Shown one piece after another: positions 1 to 9,044 of a stretch of 64,000 bases of DNA. Position numbers and translations under genes: made by a program. The notes below the pieces were generated by a model. That model did no database searches, was not told where the DNA came from, and saw only the letters and a list, made by a program, of their open reading frames with translations. How positions within the stretch are numbered: position 1 is the stretch's first letter; every line of letters begins with the position of its first letter. This stretch comes from a virus (Duplodnaviria; Caudoviricetes), in the IMG/VR virus record IMGVR_UViG_3300037851_001014, positions 1 to 64,000 of that record; one strand, written 5' to 3'.

Positions 1-249
1 AAGCCCCGCCCGCTTTCCGGCAATGGACAAGTCCTGGCAGGGGAATCCACCGCAAATAAGATCGGCTGATCCTGCATTTTCTTTCGTGACATTCTTCACA
101 TCCTCTATTTGTTTTACGCCCGGAAACCGGCGAGATAATAATTTCAGGCAGGCTCGATCAATCTCGACCTGACCAACACACTTCATACCCGCCCGCTGTA
201 ACGCAAGGTCAAAGCCGCCAATTCCCGTAAATAATGACAGAAATTTCAA
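1..249 (-). CDS. C5-cytosine DNA methyltransferase, N-terminal part (runs off window start)
   Basis: Not in ORF track. TTG start at 249 with GGAG 7 nt upstream; translates MKFLSLFTGIGGFDLALQRAGMKCVGQVEID...DLICGGFPCQDLSIAGKRAGL, i.e. motif I (FxGxGG) and catalytic motif IV (GFPCQ). Confidence 0.95.
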   Translation of the reverse strand, partial: MKFLSLFTGIGGFDLALQRAGMKCVGQVEIDRACLKLLSRRFPGVKQIEDVKNVTKENAGSADLICGGFPCQDLSIAGKRAGL

Positions 250-543
250 AGTCTGCTCCAACCTACCATGTGCAGGGCTTCGTCAATGTCATGGATCACG
301 TTGACTACTCCGCCCGCCCACCGGATTTCCAGGTGAGCCTCGATTTCACGGGCGTTGAGCGGTTTGCCTGGCAACTTGATCTCGACCAGGTAGACGCTGC
401 CTGCATAGATAACCAGCGCATCAAACCCGGCAAGGATACCGTTCCGGTTCTCCAGCGTGGACGTGGTGGTATTTACGGGCAGCGTCAAGCCTTCTTACAT
501 GCCACATCCAATCGTCTTTATCCTTCAAATCGTTTTCGTCCAT
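246..543 (-). pseudogene. VRR-NUC / PD-(D/E)XK nuclease-like gene, apparently split by a frameshift
   Basis: 246..488 has ILAGFDALV..VYLVEIKLPGKPL..E....H......GG.V.VI, typical of VRR-NUC. The RBS-backed ATG at 543 (GGAGG) is in another frame and stops at 421. Confidence 0.45.
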
Positions 544-559
544 CTCGCCTCCTCGTATT

Positions 560-874
560 TCATCCTTTGCAAATCTTACATCTGCAATCGTTCACAAACC
601 ATTTCTCTGGCAAGGATACACCGCTTTCGTCAAAATACTCAAATCCAGCATCTTTGCAGTTTTGGTAGGTAAATGGTTTCCCGTCTAATTCCGGAAATCT
701 CCTGGCTCGGTAATCTACGAAATCGCTAAAGTCATCCACATAACCCATCGCCGCTGCTTTAGCCTTGCCCTCTGTGTCTGCATGCATCAATGTGCACCAC
801 ACATCACCGCTATTGACTATCCAAGCTCGCGTACAGGGTTTCGTTTCGTTAGCCTGCTCTGTTTTGGTTGGCAT
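560..874 (-). CDS. hypothetical phage protein
   Basis: 104-aa ORF, co-oriented with and tightly packed against neighbours; C-terminal CRCKIC. Confidence 0.7.
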   Translation of the reverse strand: MPTKTEQANETKPCTRAWIVNSGDVWCTLMHADTEGKAKAAAMGYVDDFSDFVDYRARRFPELDGKPFTYQNCKDAGFEYFDESGVSLPEKWFVNDCRCKICKG

Positions 875-952
875 TTCCCTCTACCTTTCTAATAGGCATT
901 GCAACGCAGGTTACTCAAGTAATCATATGCTTCTTGACCCCAAAATTCTACA

Positions 953-1222
953 TCATCCATTCAATACCTCCTCTGGCGGATTGCTTTCTTCGTCTTCGCG
1001 GACCCAATCGTTAATAGTCCTAAGCAAACCATCTCCTCGATCCCACAAACGGGTTATGGCTTTGTCTAGCTCGGTAGTCTCTGCCGCATCTTCGTCCCAC
1101 TCTTCAACAGCAGTAATGTGTTCTCTGCTTAGATCCTGGTAAGCAACTATAATTGCAAACTCAGTTGCTTCTTCTTTGTCAAGAGCATCCACTATGAAGG
1201 AAAAGTCTACCCTGTATTTCAT
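953..1222 (-). CDS. hypothetical acidic protein
   Basis: ATG at 1222 overlaps the upstream stop (ATGA coupling). Confidence 0.6.
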   Translation of the reverse strand: MKYRVDFSFIVDALDKEEATEFAIIVAYQDLSREHITAVEEWDEDAAETTELDKAITRLWDRGDGLLRTINDWVREDEESNPPEEVLNG

Positions 1223-1401
1223 TTGAATTCTATCTCGTACACAGCGGCAACCTGACTGTACCACCAGTCCTTATCCATACCATTGTAGAATACCATTAGC
1301 GTGTCGGCAACATTTCTAAGGGTCAGGCAGTCAATCGCTTCTCCAGCATCCACCCTTTTCCTTAGCTGTTCTTTAATCTCTCCGTATAGTTTATCCATCA
1401 T
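1219..1401 (-). CDS. hypothetical protein
   Basis: Likely start MMDKLYGE at 1401; overlaps both neighbours in operon fashion. Confidence 0.5.
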   Translation of the reverse strand: MMDKLYGEIKEQLRKRVDAGEAIDCLTLRNVADTLMVFYNGMDKDWWYSQVAAVYEIEFK

Positions 1402-1609
1402 GTGATGAATTACCTTTGGTATTAAATACGCCCGTCTTGATAGCAATGGCAATATAATAATATTCAGTTCGATTAATCTCTTTGGGCATAGGGAGAATGC
1501 TACCCCTATATGCATCGTACACCATACAAACAAAGAGAACAGCCTCTACCTGAGGCCCAAGAGCATCAGCAAACTCGGCCCATGTTGGATGTCGCATTTT
1601 AGTATCCAA
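1391..1609 (-). CDS. hypothetical protein
   Basis: 72-aa ORF in leftward gene run. Confidence 0.4.
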   Translation of the reverse strand: MDTKMRHPTWAEFADALGPQVEAVLFVCMVYDAYRGSILPMPKEINRTEYYYIAIAIKTGVFNTKGNSSHDG

Positions 1610-1870
1610 GCTCCTTAAGAATTTGCTTCTCCTCTTTGGCCCTCAGCTCTTTCACTTCGTCACCCCAACCTAAGTCTATGCACTTGTTCAGGAAAAACTT
1701 AGTATCAAGGCTCATCTACTACTCTAATCGCGATAGACCAACACAGATTTTCGTGAGCCCACTTAGCCTCTTCTTCCGTTAGCTCGGTGTCGTCAATCAC
1801 TTCATCGAGCCCATGGAGATCCAGCATCCAGGCGAAACTCTCGGCCACTTTCTGACGTACTTCTTCTTTA

Positions 1871-2074
1871 TCAATCATCGATTAGTTTCCTCACACCCAC
1901 TACGATTTTGCGACCATCGCCATACACCTCAGCGTGAGTCCCGCCGCGGCTCCATGAGTAGTCCAACTGCCAACCCTCCGGCAGCTGCAGCTCAACTGTT
2001 GAATGTTTCCACTTCTTACCCGTAGAAACATTCTCTTCGTCAACAACAACTTCAACTGGTTTTGCTGGTTTCAT
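1871..2074 (-). CDS. hypothetical protein
   Basis: 67-aa ORF, overlapping starts/stops with neighbours. Confidence 0.55.
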   Translation of the reverse strand: MKPAKPVEVVVDEENVSTGKKWKHSTVELQLPEGWQLDYSWSRGGTHAEVYGDGRKIVVGVRKLIDD

Positions 2075-2321
2075 TTTGTAATCTCTCCTGTTCCTTCAAG
2101 TATGGACGCGCATGAGTCTCGCACAAATGCATGGTAAACTGCTGGTGAGACAGCTCGCCGATCTGCGTCAGTAAGTACATTGACGCTCCACCGCAACGCT
2201 GAATCTCGCCGCCCCAGGGAAAGTGAATTGTGAAACGCCCTTCGCAGGTGAAATATACTGGCTGATTCCACTGGTTATACGTTACCTCATCGGGCTCTAT
2301 TGATACGAATTTGTTAGGCAT
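2052..2321 (-). CDS. hypothetical protein (possible Cys/His metal-binding)
   Basis: 89-aa ORF with RCGG...HLCETHA; starts 2 nt after upstream stop. Confidence 0.6.
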   Translation of the reverse strand: MPNKFVSIEPDEVTYNQWNQPVYFTCEGRFTIHFPWGGEIQRCGGASMYLLTQIGELSHQQFTMHLCETHARPYLKEQERLQNETSKTS

Positions 2322-2323
2322 TT

Positions 2324-3124
2324 TTAGTCATCCTCGTAAAACAACGCATGAGTTGCATCCAGAGCAAGATAGTAGTGTCCATTGCCGCAGCTACGATATT
2401 CCTCGGAGTACCATGCTTTAGCCTTTTCTGGATTGTACTGGTAGCTCACATCATAGCTAGTTCGACCGTCCAGAGCAATCTTGGTCTTGCTTTCCAGCGC
2501 CCACTTGATATTGCTCATCTTGCGATCATTGTCATATTTTCCCCAATACATCTTCTTAACCCTGGCGGGTTGATGCATGTGCCACAGGATATCTGTAATA
2601 ATACTGTCGCTATCCAGTAGACGAGGTTCGATTGCCCGAATTGTATCTATCCCGATCGGGCTAATTGTGTCCGTATAGCCAAGAGTTTCGTATGCAGTGT
2701 ACGCCTCGCGGATCTTGTCGTACCCAATTGACAGCGCCAGAGCAACATTAGAGGCAACCTCCTCCCACAGCCCAGATGCTTTCAACCTGGCAAGCACTTC
2801 CTCCCAGGACTTACGCCAAATTTTCCCTTGATCGCGCTCGGGTAAAGAGACTTTTACTTCAGTAATATCCCATCGACGCAGCCAATCAGCATCGAATACA
2901 ACGCCATATTTTCGTGATCCCTCACGCATAATCATCAAACGTTTTGTGTGCAACACTGCAACTCGACGATTATGTACTCTGCCTTTAGCTGTAGTCAGAA
3001 TAATATTTATATACCTACCTGCAGGTATATTCTCCAGCAGAAAGCTGTCTAATCCAGAAAAGTTGTCACCTGCAACAAATTGCTTTCTCATAGGAATTTC
3101 TTTACCCATTTTCCCGATTTCCAC
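2324..3124 (-). CDS. conserved hypothetical phage/MGE protein
   Basis: 266 aa; C-terminal AWYSEEYRSCGNGHYYLALDATHALFYEDD resembles a recurring uncharacterised family (recognised from memory). Confidence 0.8.
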   Translation of the reverse strand: MEIGKMGKEIPMRKQFVAGDNFSGLDSFLLENIPAGRYINIILTTAKGRVHNRRVAVLHTKRLMIMREGSRKYGVVFDADWLRRWDITEVKVSLPERDQGKIWRKSWEEVLARLKASGLWEEVASNVALALSIGYDKIREAYTAYETLGYTDTISPIGIDTIRAIEPRLLDSDSIITDILWHMHQPARVKKMYWGKYDNDRKMSNIKWALESKTKIALDGRTSYDVSYQYNPEKAKAWYSEEYRSCGNGHYYLALDATHALFYEDD

Positions 3125-3417
3125 TCCCAGACATACTTGCTGTTACGTCTGGGCGGTTTGATCTGGCGAGTTTCCGTGATATGCTCGCTGCCCTCAGTGT
3201 TAATGCACCTGTAACCACTTAATCGGTCATCATAAGCAAACACGTTGTCGCCAAGATAGCGAGCATCGATAGATTCATCACGGCCATGAAAGAAATTCTC
3301 CCACGGCAACCTTGTAACCCATAAGTCTTTCTGCTCCACAGGCTTTTCGCTGTCAGCCAGCCACCCAAAGGTAACCGCAATTCTGCCCTTATAGTTTTCG
3401 AAAACCCACATTCCCAT
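3088..3417 (-). CDS. hypothetical protein
   Basis: 109-aa Trp-rich ORF in operon. Confidence 0.7.
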   Translation of the reverse strand: MGMWVFENYKGRIAVTFGWLADSEKPVEQKDLWVTRLPWENFFHGRDESIDARYLGDNVFAYDDRLSGYRCINTEGSEHITETRQIKPPRRNSKYVWEWKSGKWVKKFL

Positions 3418-3426
3418 TTTATTTTT

Positions 3427-3807
3427 TTACTCCGAGACAGTATTCCCGTCTGGTATCTTCCATCCCATCTCACTTGCAAACTGCAGAAAGGTACCAGAGT
3501 CCAGACCATACTTGTCAAGATAGTCCTTGACAAACCATTCAACGCTCACAGAATGCCAATCCAGGCACCCCATTCTCTGGATAGTGACTGCTGCACTTTC
3601 GACGATATTGTTCTTGCTGGGCAATCGTCTGTTACGCAATGTCGCAACAACAGCCTTTTGGCAAACTCCATTGCCGTCAAACTCCAGAATCTCAAAAACT
3701 ATATTTAATACATACCCTACAGGATCGCCCCTTGGATACCAATATAGCTCTACAGCCCCATCGGGCTGCCTTGCTCTAGAAATCAATACAGATCTACTAC
3801 TACTCAC
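3427..3807 (-). CDS. hypothetical protein
   Basis: 126-aa ORF overlapping the upstream stop. Confidence 0.65.
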   Translation of the reverse strand: MSSSRSVLISRARQPDGAVELYWYPRGDPVGYVLNIVFEILEFDGNGVCQKAVVATLRNRRLPSKNNIVESAAVTIQRMGCLDWHSVSVEWFVKDYLDKYGLDSGTFLQFASEMGWKIPDGNTVSE

Positions 3808-5431
3808 TCAAGATGCTCTCAATCTCGCTTTTCAGCTTATCAAAATCCAGCAGTTGGGCAGACTTCATATTCGCTTCAATGTCCGGATAGTTCATTTCAA
3901 TAAGATCCAGGGCAAGTTGCTGTCGATCGCCAATGTTGAACGGTCGCCATGCCGAAACCCATCTGGATCCACTGTTGTTCATTACATACCGATTGAATTC
4001 CTCAACAGTAGGATCACCACCTTCGCTGACAAGAATGTGATGCATGTCAGATAAAGCATCAGACACGTCACCACTTGCAAGATCGCGCAATTTCATTTCA
4101 GCAGAATGGATCTGGTCTTCAAGAATACTGATTATGCGCTGTACCTTATCCATATCCACATTCTGTTGCGCAATCTTACCAACCAGAACACCGGTGACAG
4201 AATATGGATCCGGAATAGCAAGTTTGCGTAATTCATCTACGATCTTGTCCCAAGATACACGCTGCAAAAGCGCATGCACCAGATCGCGATGCTGTTCAAC
4301 CATGTTTAGTGCCTCGACCTCATAGCCATGCGGCACATCGTAGTCATCCTTTTCGATATTTAAGGATGATCCACAACGCGTGCAGCATGCCAGAGAGGCG
4401 TATTCCAGGAACTCCTTCATATCAGTACCCATCACCGGCTGACGATTACCACATTCGGAACAAGTTGCCAGGAAGATAGCTTTGAGATCTGCCCATTCAC
4501 GATAACTACTATTAGAAAGCTTAAGTTGGTAAGACTTATTCCAAACCTCATCCAAGTTACCCTCAGAATTAGTATGCACCTGGAGAGGCGTAATACCAAC
4601 ACGGATCTCTTTTACGTCATCGACATAACGGCGCATCTGTTCTGCATGAGTAGGAGCAATCACTTGCTCACCATCGGTATCGTAGTCTGATACAGAGATA
4701 ACCACGATACCATCAGGAAATGGATTACTGTTATAAGGACTACCCCAGCCTAGCTCACGCAGCATTTTTTCGGTAGCAGCCGCGGACTGCTTGCCCTTGC
4801 CACTGATTAGAGCAGATGCACCAAGCGCACGTGCAACACCTTCAAAATCATCGAACTGGCTATCCTTTTCAACGGCCAGGATCACGCGCAGGGTGGGATA
4901 CAAAGGTTCGGAAAACACTCTGTACATCCGACTTGAATCTTCGACCCACAAGTCCTGATAGGTAACGCGTTTGCTCTGCACCCACCCGGCATAAATCTGA
5001 CTCAGGCGCCCACTCCATTGGATATCGTTCATCTCGGCAACGCCCATTTGACCAGTCTTGGTCTTGCCCGTAGCAAATGCGAGGTATTGCGAGAATTGTT
5101 TGAAATACGCATACCAGTGACGACGAATACCGCGTCCCTTAAAGGTACTGTCAGGTCCGCCAATGCGATCGTAAATATACATCTGCATAAGGGCGGCAGC
5201 ACGACAACAGCCGTCCAGATTGGGCTGGTCTTTGCCATTTAGCCTACTGGCTATCTCGACAAATGACTTTGGATCATCTCTGAGCCACAAGACAATATAG
5301 TTGTCTCCACTGGAGGCAGCCTCCCTAAACATCTCCTCCACTCCATAAAAGTCATATCGTTTTGCCGCAATAGCCAATAAGCTACGCTCGTATTCCTTAG
5401 CGAGTGTATACCAATTTGTGAATTTATTCAT
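3800..5431 (-). CDS. TopoVI-A/Spo11-like (type IIB, Mini-A/JetD-like) TOPRIM protein with Zn-ribbon insertion
   Basis: Likely start MNKF at 5431 (ATGA coupling). Motifs IRRHWY (Tyr helix), VEKDS, SGKG, SDYDTDG, RVGITPLQV, YEVEAL follow Spo11/TopoVI-A order; CSEC and CTRC pairs are inserted. Confidence 0.75.
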   Translation of the reverse strand: MNKFTNWYTLAKEYERSLLAIAAKRYDFYGVEEMFREAASSGDNYIVLWLRDDPKSFVEIASRLNGKDQPNLDGCCRAAALMQMYIYDRIGGPDSTFKGRGIRRHWYAYFKQFSQYLAFATGKTKTGQMGVAEMNDIQWSGRLSQIYAGWVQSKRVTYQDLWVEDSSRMYRVFSEPLYPTLRVILAVEKDSQFDDFEGVARALGASALISGKGKQSAAATEKMLRELGWGSPYNSNPFPDGIVVISVSDYDTDGEQVIAPTHAEQMRRYVDDVKEIRVGITPLQVHTNSEGNLDEVWNKSYQLKLSNSSYREWADLKAIFLATCSECGNRQPVMGTDMKEFLEYASLACCTRCGSSLNIEKDDYDVPHGYEVEALNMVEQHRDLVHALLQRVSWDKIVDELRKLAIPDPYSVTGVLVGKIAQQNVDMDKVQRIISILEDQIHSAEMKLRDLASGDVSDALSDMHHILVSEGGDPTVEEFNRYVMNNSGSRWVSAWRPFNIGDRQQLALDLIEMNYPDIEANMKSAQLLDFDKLKSEIESILSE

Positions 5432-5619
5432 CTGTAATCCCTTCCTATATGTGTATGTACAAAACTCTGGGCAGTATTTTCTGCCCATTTCAATACAAGA
5501 CAAATCAATGCCTCTTTATCATCTGCTCCCAGATCTGCCAATGTATAACCTAGATCCAGAAGCACATTCTCAAATGATGCAATCTCTGTATCAATATCGA
5601 TAGAATTAACAAGATCCAT
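5428..5619 (-). CDS. hypothetical protein
   Basis: 63-aa ORF coupled to the downstream gene. Confidence 0.55.
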   Translation of the reverse strand: MDLVNSIDIDTEIASFENVLLDLGYTLADLGADDKEALICLVLKWAENTAQSFVHTHIGRDYR

Positions 5620-5765
5620 TTTGAATTAGACTTTCGCGTTTTGCCTGTAGCTCAATGTTGCACTGCCAACATATGCAAAACCAGGATTAATCGTAATCTC
5701 CTGCAAAACTTTTCTCTTACAGGACGGACAACTTGTGCTCAAAGTATCGTATTGCTCCATTAGCT

Positions 5766-6044
5766 TTATATGCCATTGCTTTCCCTCGCTAGTTGATTGA
5801 CCTGTAATCGGATATTAACAGCCTCTGCCTTCACGGCCTCAACATCCATGTGGTTTTCGACAACGCCAAGCACGGGAAAGAGATAACCTCGCGCTTGAAT
5901 CAGTAAAGACGCATGCTGCCATGCAGCATCTAGACCATCAGCTGAACCCAAGTATGCAGGCATTGTACGAGCACCGGCATCCCAACTCATATTTTTGGGA
6001 ACATAATACCCAACAATCAAGAGTATTTCGCCCATATTTTCCAA
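5766..6044 (-). CDS. hypothetical protein
   Basis: 92-aa ORF in operon. Confidence 0.6.
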   Translation of the reverse strand: MENMGEILLIVGYYVPKNMSWDAGARTMPAYLGSADGLDAAWQHASLLIQARGYLFPVLGVVENHMDVEAVKAEAVNIRLQVNQLARESNGI

Positions 6045-6247
6045 TGCTCTGCGTCACGATGAAATAGTCCTGGATTACGCACAACAGCATTCACCTGATT
6101 GCGTATCCAGCGTGGATCATCTTTATCAAACTCGTCAACTAGAGCTTTTACCACATCTTCTACTGCCTTGATGAAAGGCACTTTTCGGAGCATCATTTCA
6201 TCAAGAGTATCTGCAATACGTGTGCCCAAAGTTTCATCAGCCCCCAT
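6017..6247 (-). CDS. hypothetical protein
   Basis: 76-aa ORF overlapping neighbours. Confidence 0.6.
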   Translation of the reverse strand: MGADETLGTRIADTLDEMMLRKVPFIKAVEDVVKALVDEFDKDDPRWIRNQVNAVVRNPGLFHRDAEHWKIWAKYS

Positions 6248-6446
6248 TTATCAACTCCTGAATATTCACTTGAAGCTCAGTAAGAATTTCTTTTGCTTGC
6301 CCAGGCGTCAAGATCTTTACCACAATTAACATAACGCCATCCAGATAACAAGAATCAGCCAGGAAACTGACTGTTCGGTGCCCTTCTGCAGACTCGCCAA
6401 TAATCACCTCCGTACGCAGGTTAAGATTAGCCATGGATTTTCTCAA
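6237..6446 (-). CDS. hypothetical protein
   Basis: 69-aa ORF overlapping neighbours. Confidence 0.55.
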   Translation of the reverse strand: MRKSMANLNLRTEVIIGESAEGHRTVSFLADSCYLDGVMLIVVKILTPGQAKEILTELQVNIQELINGG

Positions 6447-6768
6447 GCAAATTTGTTACATAGGCATCCAATTGAATATCACTGAATGCCATTTTCGAAA
6501 AAGTCTCCGTAAGCACAGAATCGGTTACAAAGCGCATCTCGTGCACCAAGCAGGCAAATGCAACGCGACTAAGCCGATTAAGCTCTGGATGATTTCCGAC
6601 CATCAGCATCACATGAGCCTGAGTCATCGCATACAAAGCGCACAAACGATAATCAGGCCAATCTTGCTTTAGTAATTGATAAAACCCATCACTTTCAGCA
6701 AGATTGTCTTTCAGCAATTCATTGGCAAGCAACACCAATTCTTCTTTAATTGTTAGTACGTGTGTCAT
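6427..6768 (-). CDS. hypothetical helical protein
   Basis: 113-aa ORF in operon. Confidence 0.65.
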   Translation of the reverse strand: MTHVLTIKEELVLLANELLKDNLAESDGFYQLLKQDWPDYRLCALYAMTQAHVMLMVGNHPELNRLSRVAFACLVHEMRFVTDSVLTETFSKMAFSDIQLDAYVTNLLEKIHG

Positions 6769-7699
6769 TTAGCTTTCTTTCAATTTCGTCAACATCAGAC
6801 AAATGCAGATCTACCCTGACCTGTATGGCTTTCTTAACCAACTCCAACTGCCGAGTGTCCTCAGCCACAACGAGCAATACACCACCCTTAGGAAGAACAG
6901 CTATATAGCCATCTGCGGGCAAGGTACCAGGCGATTTGCGCACAATATTTGAGAGTCTCTTGCGAAACTCCTCAATAGTTAAGCCACCATCCTTTTTTGT
7001 CTTTACTATTTCATCAACAAGTAATTCGAGAGCCTCCTTTATACTCTCGTCTATTTGGTATGCTTTAGCAAGCTGCTCCGAGACATCTTCCTCGGACATT
7101 GCTTTTTTGACTTGTTCCCCCCGATAAATGGCATCATCTAGCAATCGACGAAGAGTCGGAACAGCAAACCTTGCCTTCTGAAAATTCTCAGCAACGCTAA
7201 AAATCTGCCAAACAGGAAACCCATTTGCCTCCATAATCGGAGTTAGCGTTCCACTCAAAAATGCTAGCTCGCTCATGATGGGTCTGTTTTCTTCGTTTTC
7301 CATTCCTTTGTAAAGTTCTTGAATATCGGCTATCTCAAGATACTTAAAATAACCATATTTCTTTATCTGGTAAGCAATCATGGCACCGACACGCTGCAGG
7401 ATACCGCTCAAATCATTTGATTTCTCAAACGCCTTCAGATGTGCTTCTGCCATCAAACGCGCATGTACATAGGCATCATTGTAAATATTCTCAATTGTGC
7501 TATCCACACTAATACCTGCGCGATTGGCCTGTTCTTCTACCTGCCCCCAGAAGTACAGGCTTACCAAATCATCGGCAACTTGTCTGAGATCGCTACTACT
7601 ACCAGAGATCCAAGAAGGTATTCCAACCACCTTTTGAGGAATCGCGTTATCATTCAAGAAACAATCTCTCCCATAACATGAGTTGTTGGAATAAGCCAA
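6746..7699 (-). CDS. hypothetical protein
   Basis: 317-aa ORF, mostly helical, no motif recognised; true start uncertain. Confidence 0.75.
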   Translation of the reverse strand: MAYSNNSCYGRDCFLNDNAIPQKVVGIPSWISGSSSDLRQVADDLVSLYFWGQVEEQANRAGISVDSTIENIYNDAYVHARLMAEAHLKAFEKSNDLSGILQRVGAMIAYQIKKYGYFKYLEIADIQELYKGMENEENRPIMSELAFLSGTLTPIMEANGFPVWQIFSVAENFQKARFAVPTLRRLLDDAIYRGEQVKKAMSEEDVSEQLAKAYQIDESIKEALELLVDEIVKTKKDGGLTIEEFRKRLSNIVRKSPGTLPADGYIAVLPKGGVLLVVAEDTRQLELVKKAIQVRVDLHLSDVDEIERKLNDTRTNN

Positions 7700-8184
7700 C
7701 TACCACTTTCAAACACAAGCTCATATTCACCCAAGTATATTTGCATTAAATCATAGTTCAGGCTTTTCCTATTATCAGATATCTGGTGCTCAATTTGCTC
7801 CCATATATAATAGGGAAAGAAGTAAGCCTTACGTGGTTTCATCTTGGCATTAATGCGATTTTTTCCAATAAGAAAGAATAACCAGGCCTCTACACCACGT
7901 TTCTCCCAATCAGCAAGAAATCGCTTTTGATGATCCTCGAGCTCGTTGAATGCTATACGATCAACATGGCCACCCTTACACTCAACCCACATAGGAGTAC
8001 TCCCTATAAATACAAGATAATCTACAATAGACGAACGTTGCTCAGCCTCGCCCTGCATACGCCTGGTAACAAAAATAGGCTGATGGCAATTAGGGCAATA
8101 ACGAACATCCTGCCACTTATGCGACCACCACCCAAGGCGATTGGCAAGCTGCTTAAACTCCATTTCAGCTATTTTTGCTGCCAT
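7654..8184 (-). CDS. RecU-like Holliday junction resolvase (PD-(D/E)XK) with CxxC insert
   Basis: IVDYL...WVECK...IAFNELEDHQKRFLADWEKRGVEAWLFF matches the RecU pattern D..E.K...HQ...L......G..A; also CPNC. Confidence 0.7.
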   Translation of the reverse strand: MAAKIAEMEFKQLANRLGWWSHKWQDVRYCPNCHQPIFVTRRMQGEAEQRSSIVDYLVFIGSTPMWVECKGGHVDRIAFNELEDHQKRFLADWEKRGVEAWLFFLIGKNRINAKMKPRKAYFFPYYIWEQIEHQISDNRKSLNYDLMQIYLGEYELVFESGSWLIPTTHVMGEIVS

Positions 8185-9044
8185 CTTTCATACACCTCCA
8201 CAAACCTCTTGCACTCTGGACAATCGTCCAGGATTACACCAGAACTACATCTGGCATGATAAGCCTCAAGTAAAGAAAGATACTCCTCCACAAGAGACTT
8301 TGATTGTACAAACGCAGGACGTAACATGGATACCTGCCGTGCACGAGCAATCTTGTCGTTTCGCACAATATCAGCAACATTTGTTGCACTTACCGTGTCG
8401 CCATGTTTGATCGCTTCGATCACTCGCTGCTGATCTTTCTCGCGTAACTTGCTTATAGCACGCACAGCAGATTTACTGATTTTTCCCTCTGCTGCTGCCG
8501 CAGTAATCTCGGGCGGAACAATCAGGCGTACTGCCTTATTAACTTGCTGAACACCCCAATGGAGTGTTCTGGAAATCTTTACCAGATCATCCGGTTTCAA
8601 GTTGTGGATATCCAACCCGAGATAATCTGCCGCCCGCATTACTGTATCAGCATCTGTGAGCGGATTATCCGATCGGTTGTGCTGAGCAATTGCTGCTATA
8701 AACATAGCCTTATCCAAGGAAATGTCCAGAACGATTGCAGGAATCTGATATTCCTCTGGATCGATTTTTCCCATAATGAAAACATCTTGTTCAGCTGCGT
8801 ATCGCAATGCTTTTATACGACGCTTACCATCTACGGGAAAAAGTTTACCTTCGTATTCGCAAAGGAGAACAGGAACAACAATACCCTGAGCTACAATGCT
8901 CTGAATCAAAGTATTATCTGGTTCAGCTGCAAGAAACTCCGGATGACTACTCGGAATAACATCTCTGAGTTTCACATAAGTATTTGTTGCTAATGTATCG
9001 TAGTTGGAAAATAGATCATAGTTCATAAGTATCGCTCCCATCAA
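8169..9044 (-). CDS. ParB/Srx N-terminal domain protein with HTH
   Basis: LIQSIVAQGIVVPVLL...VDGKRRIKAL (ParB-N arginine patch), followed by a helical HTH-like region. Confidence 0.85.
   Translation of the reverse strand: MMGAILMNYDLFSNYDTLATNTYVKLRDVIPSSHPEFLAAEPDNTLIQSIVAQGIVVPVLLCEYEGKLFPVDGKRRIKALRYAAEQDVFIMGKIDPEEYQIPAIVLDISLDKAMFIAAIAQHNRSDNPLTDADTVMRAADYLGLDIHNLKPDDLVKISRTLHWGVQQVNKAVRLIVPPEITAAAAEGKISKSAVRAISKLREKDQQRVIEAIKHGDTVSATNVADIVRNDKIARARQVSMLRPAFVQSKSLVEEYLSLLEAYHARCSSGVILDDCPECKRFVEVYERWQQK

Noticed and set aside
3800-5431. Wadjet (JetABCD) defence system
   Set aside because: Only a JetD/TopoVI-A-like TOPRIM protein is present; no SMC (JetC), kleisin or KITE genes nearby.
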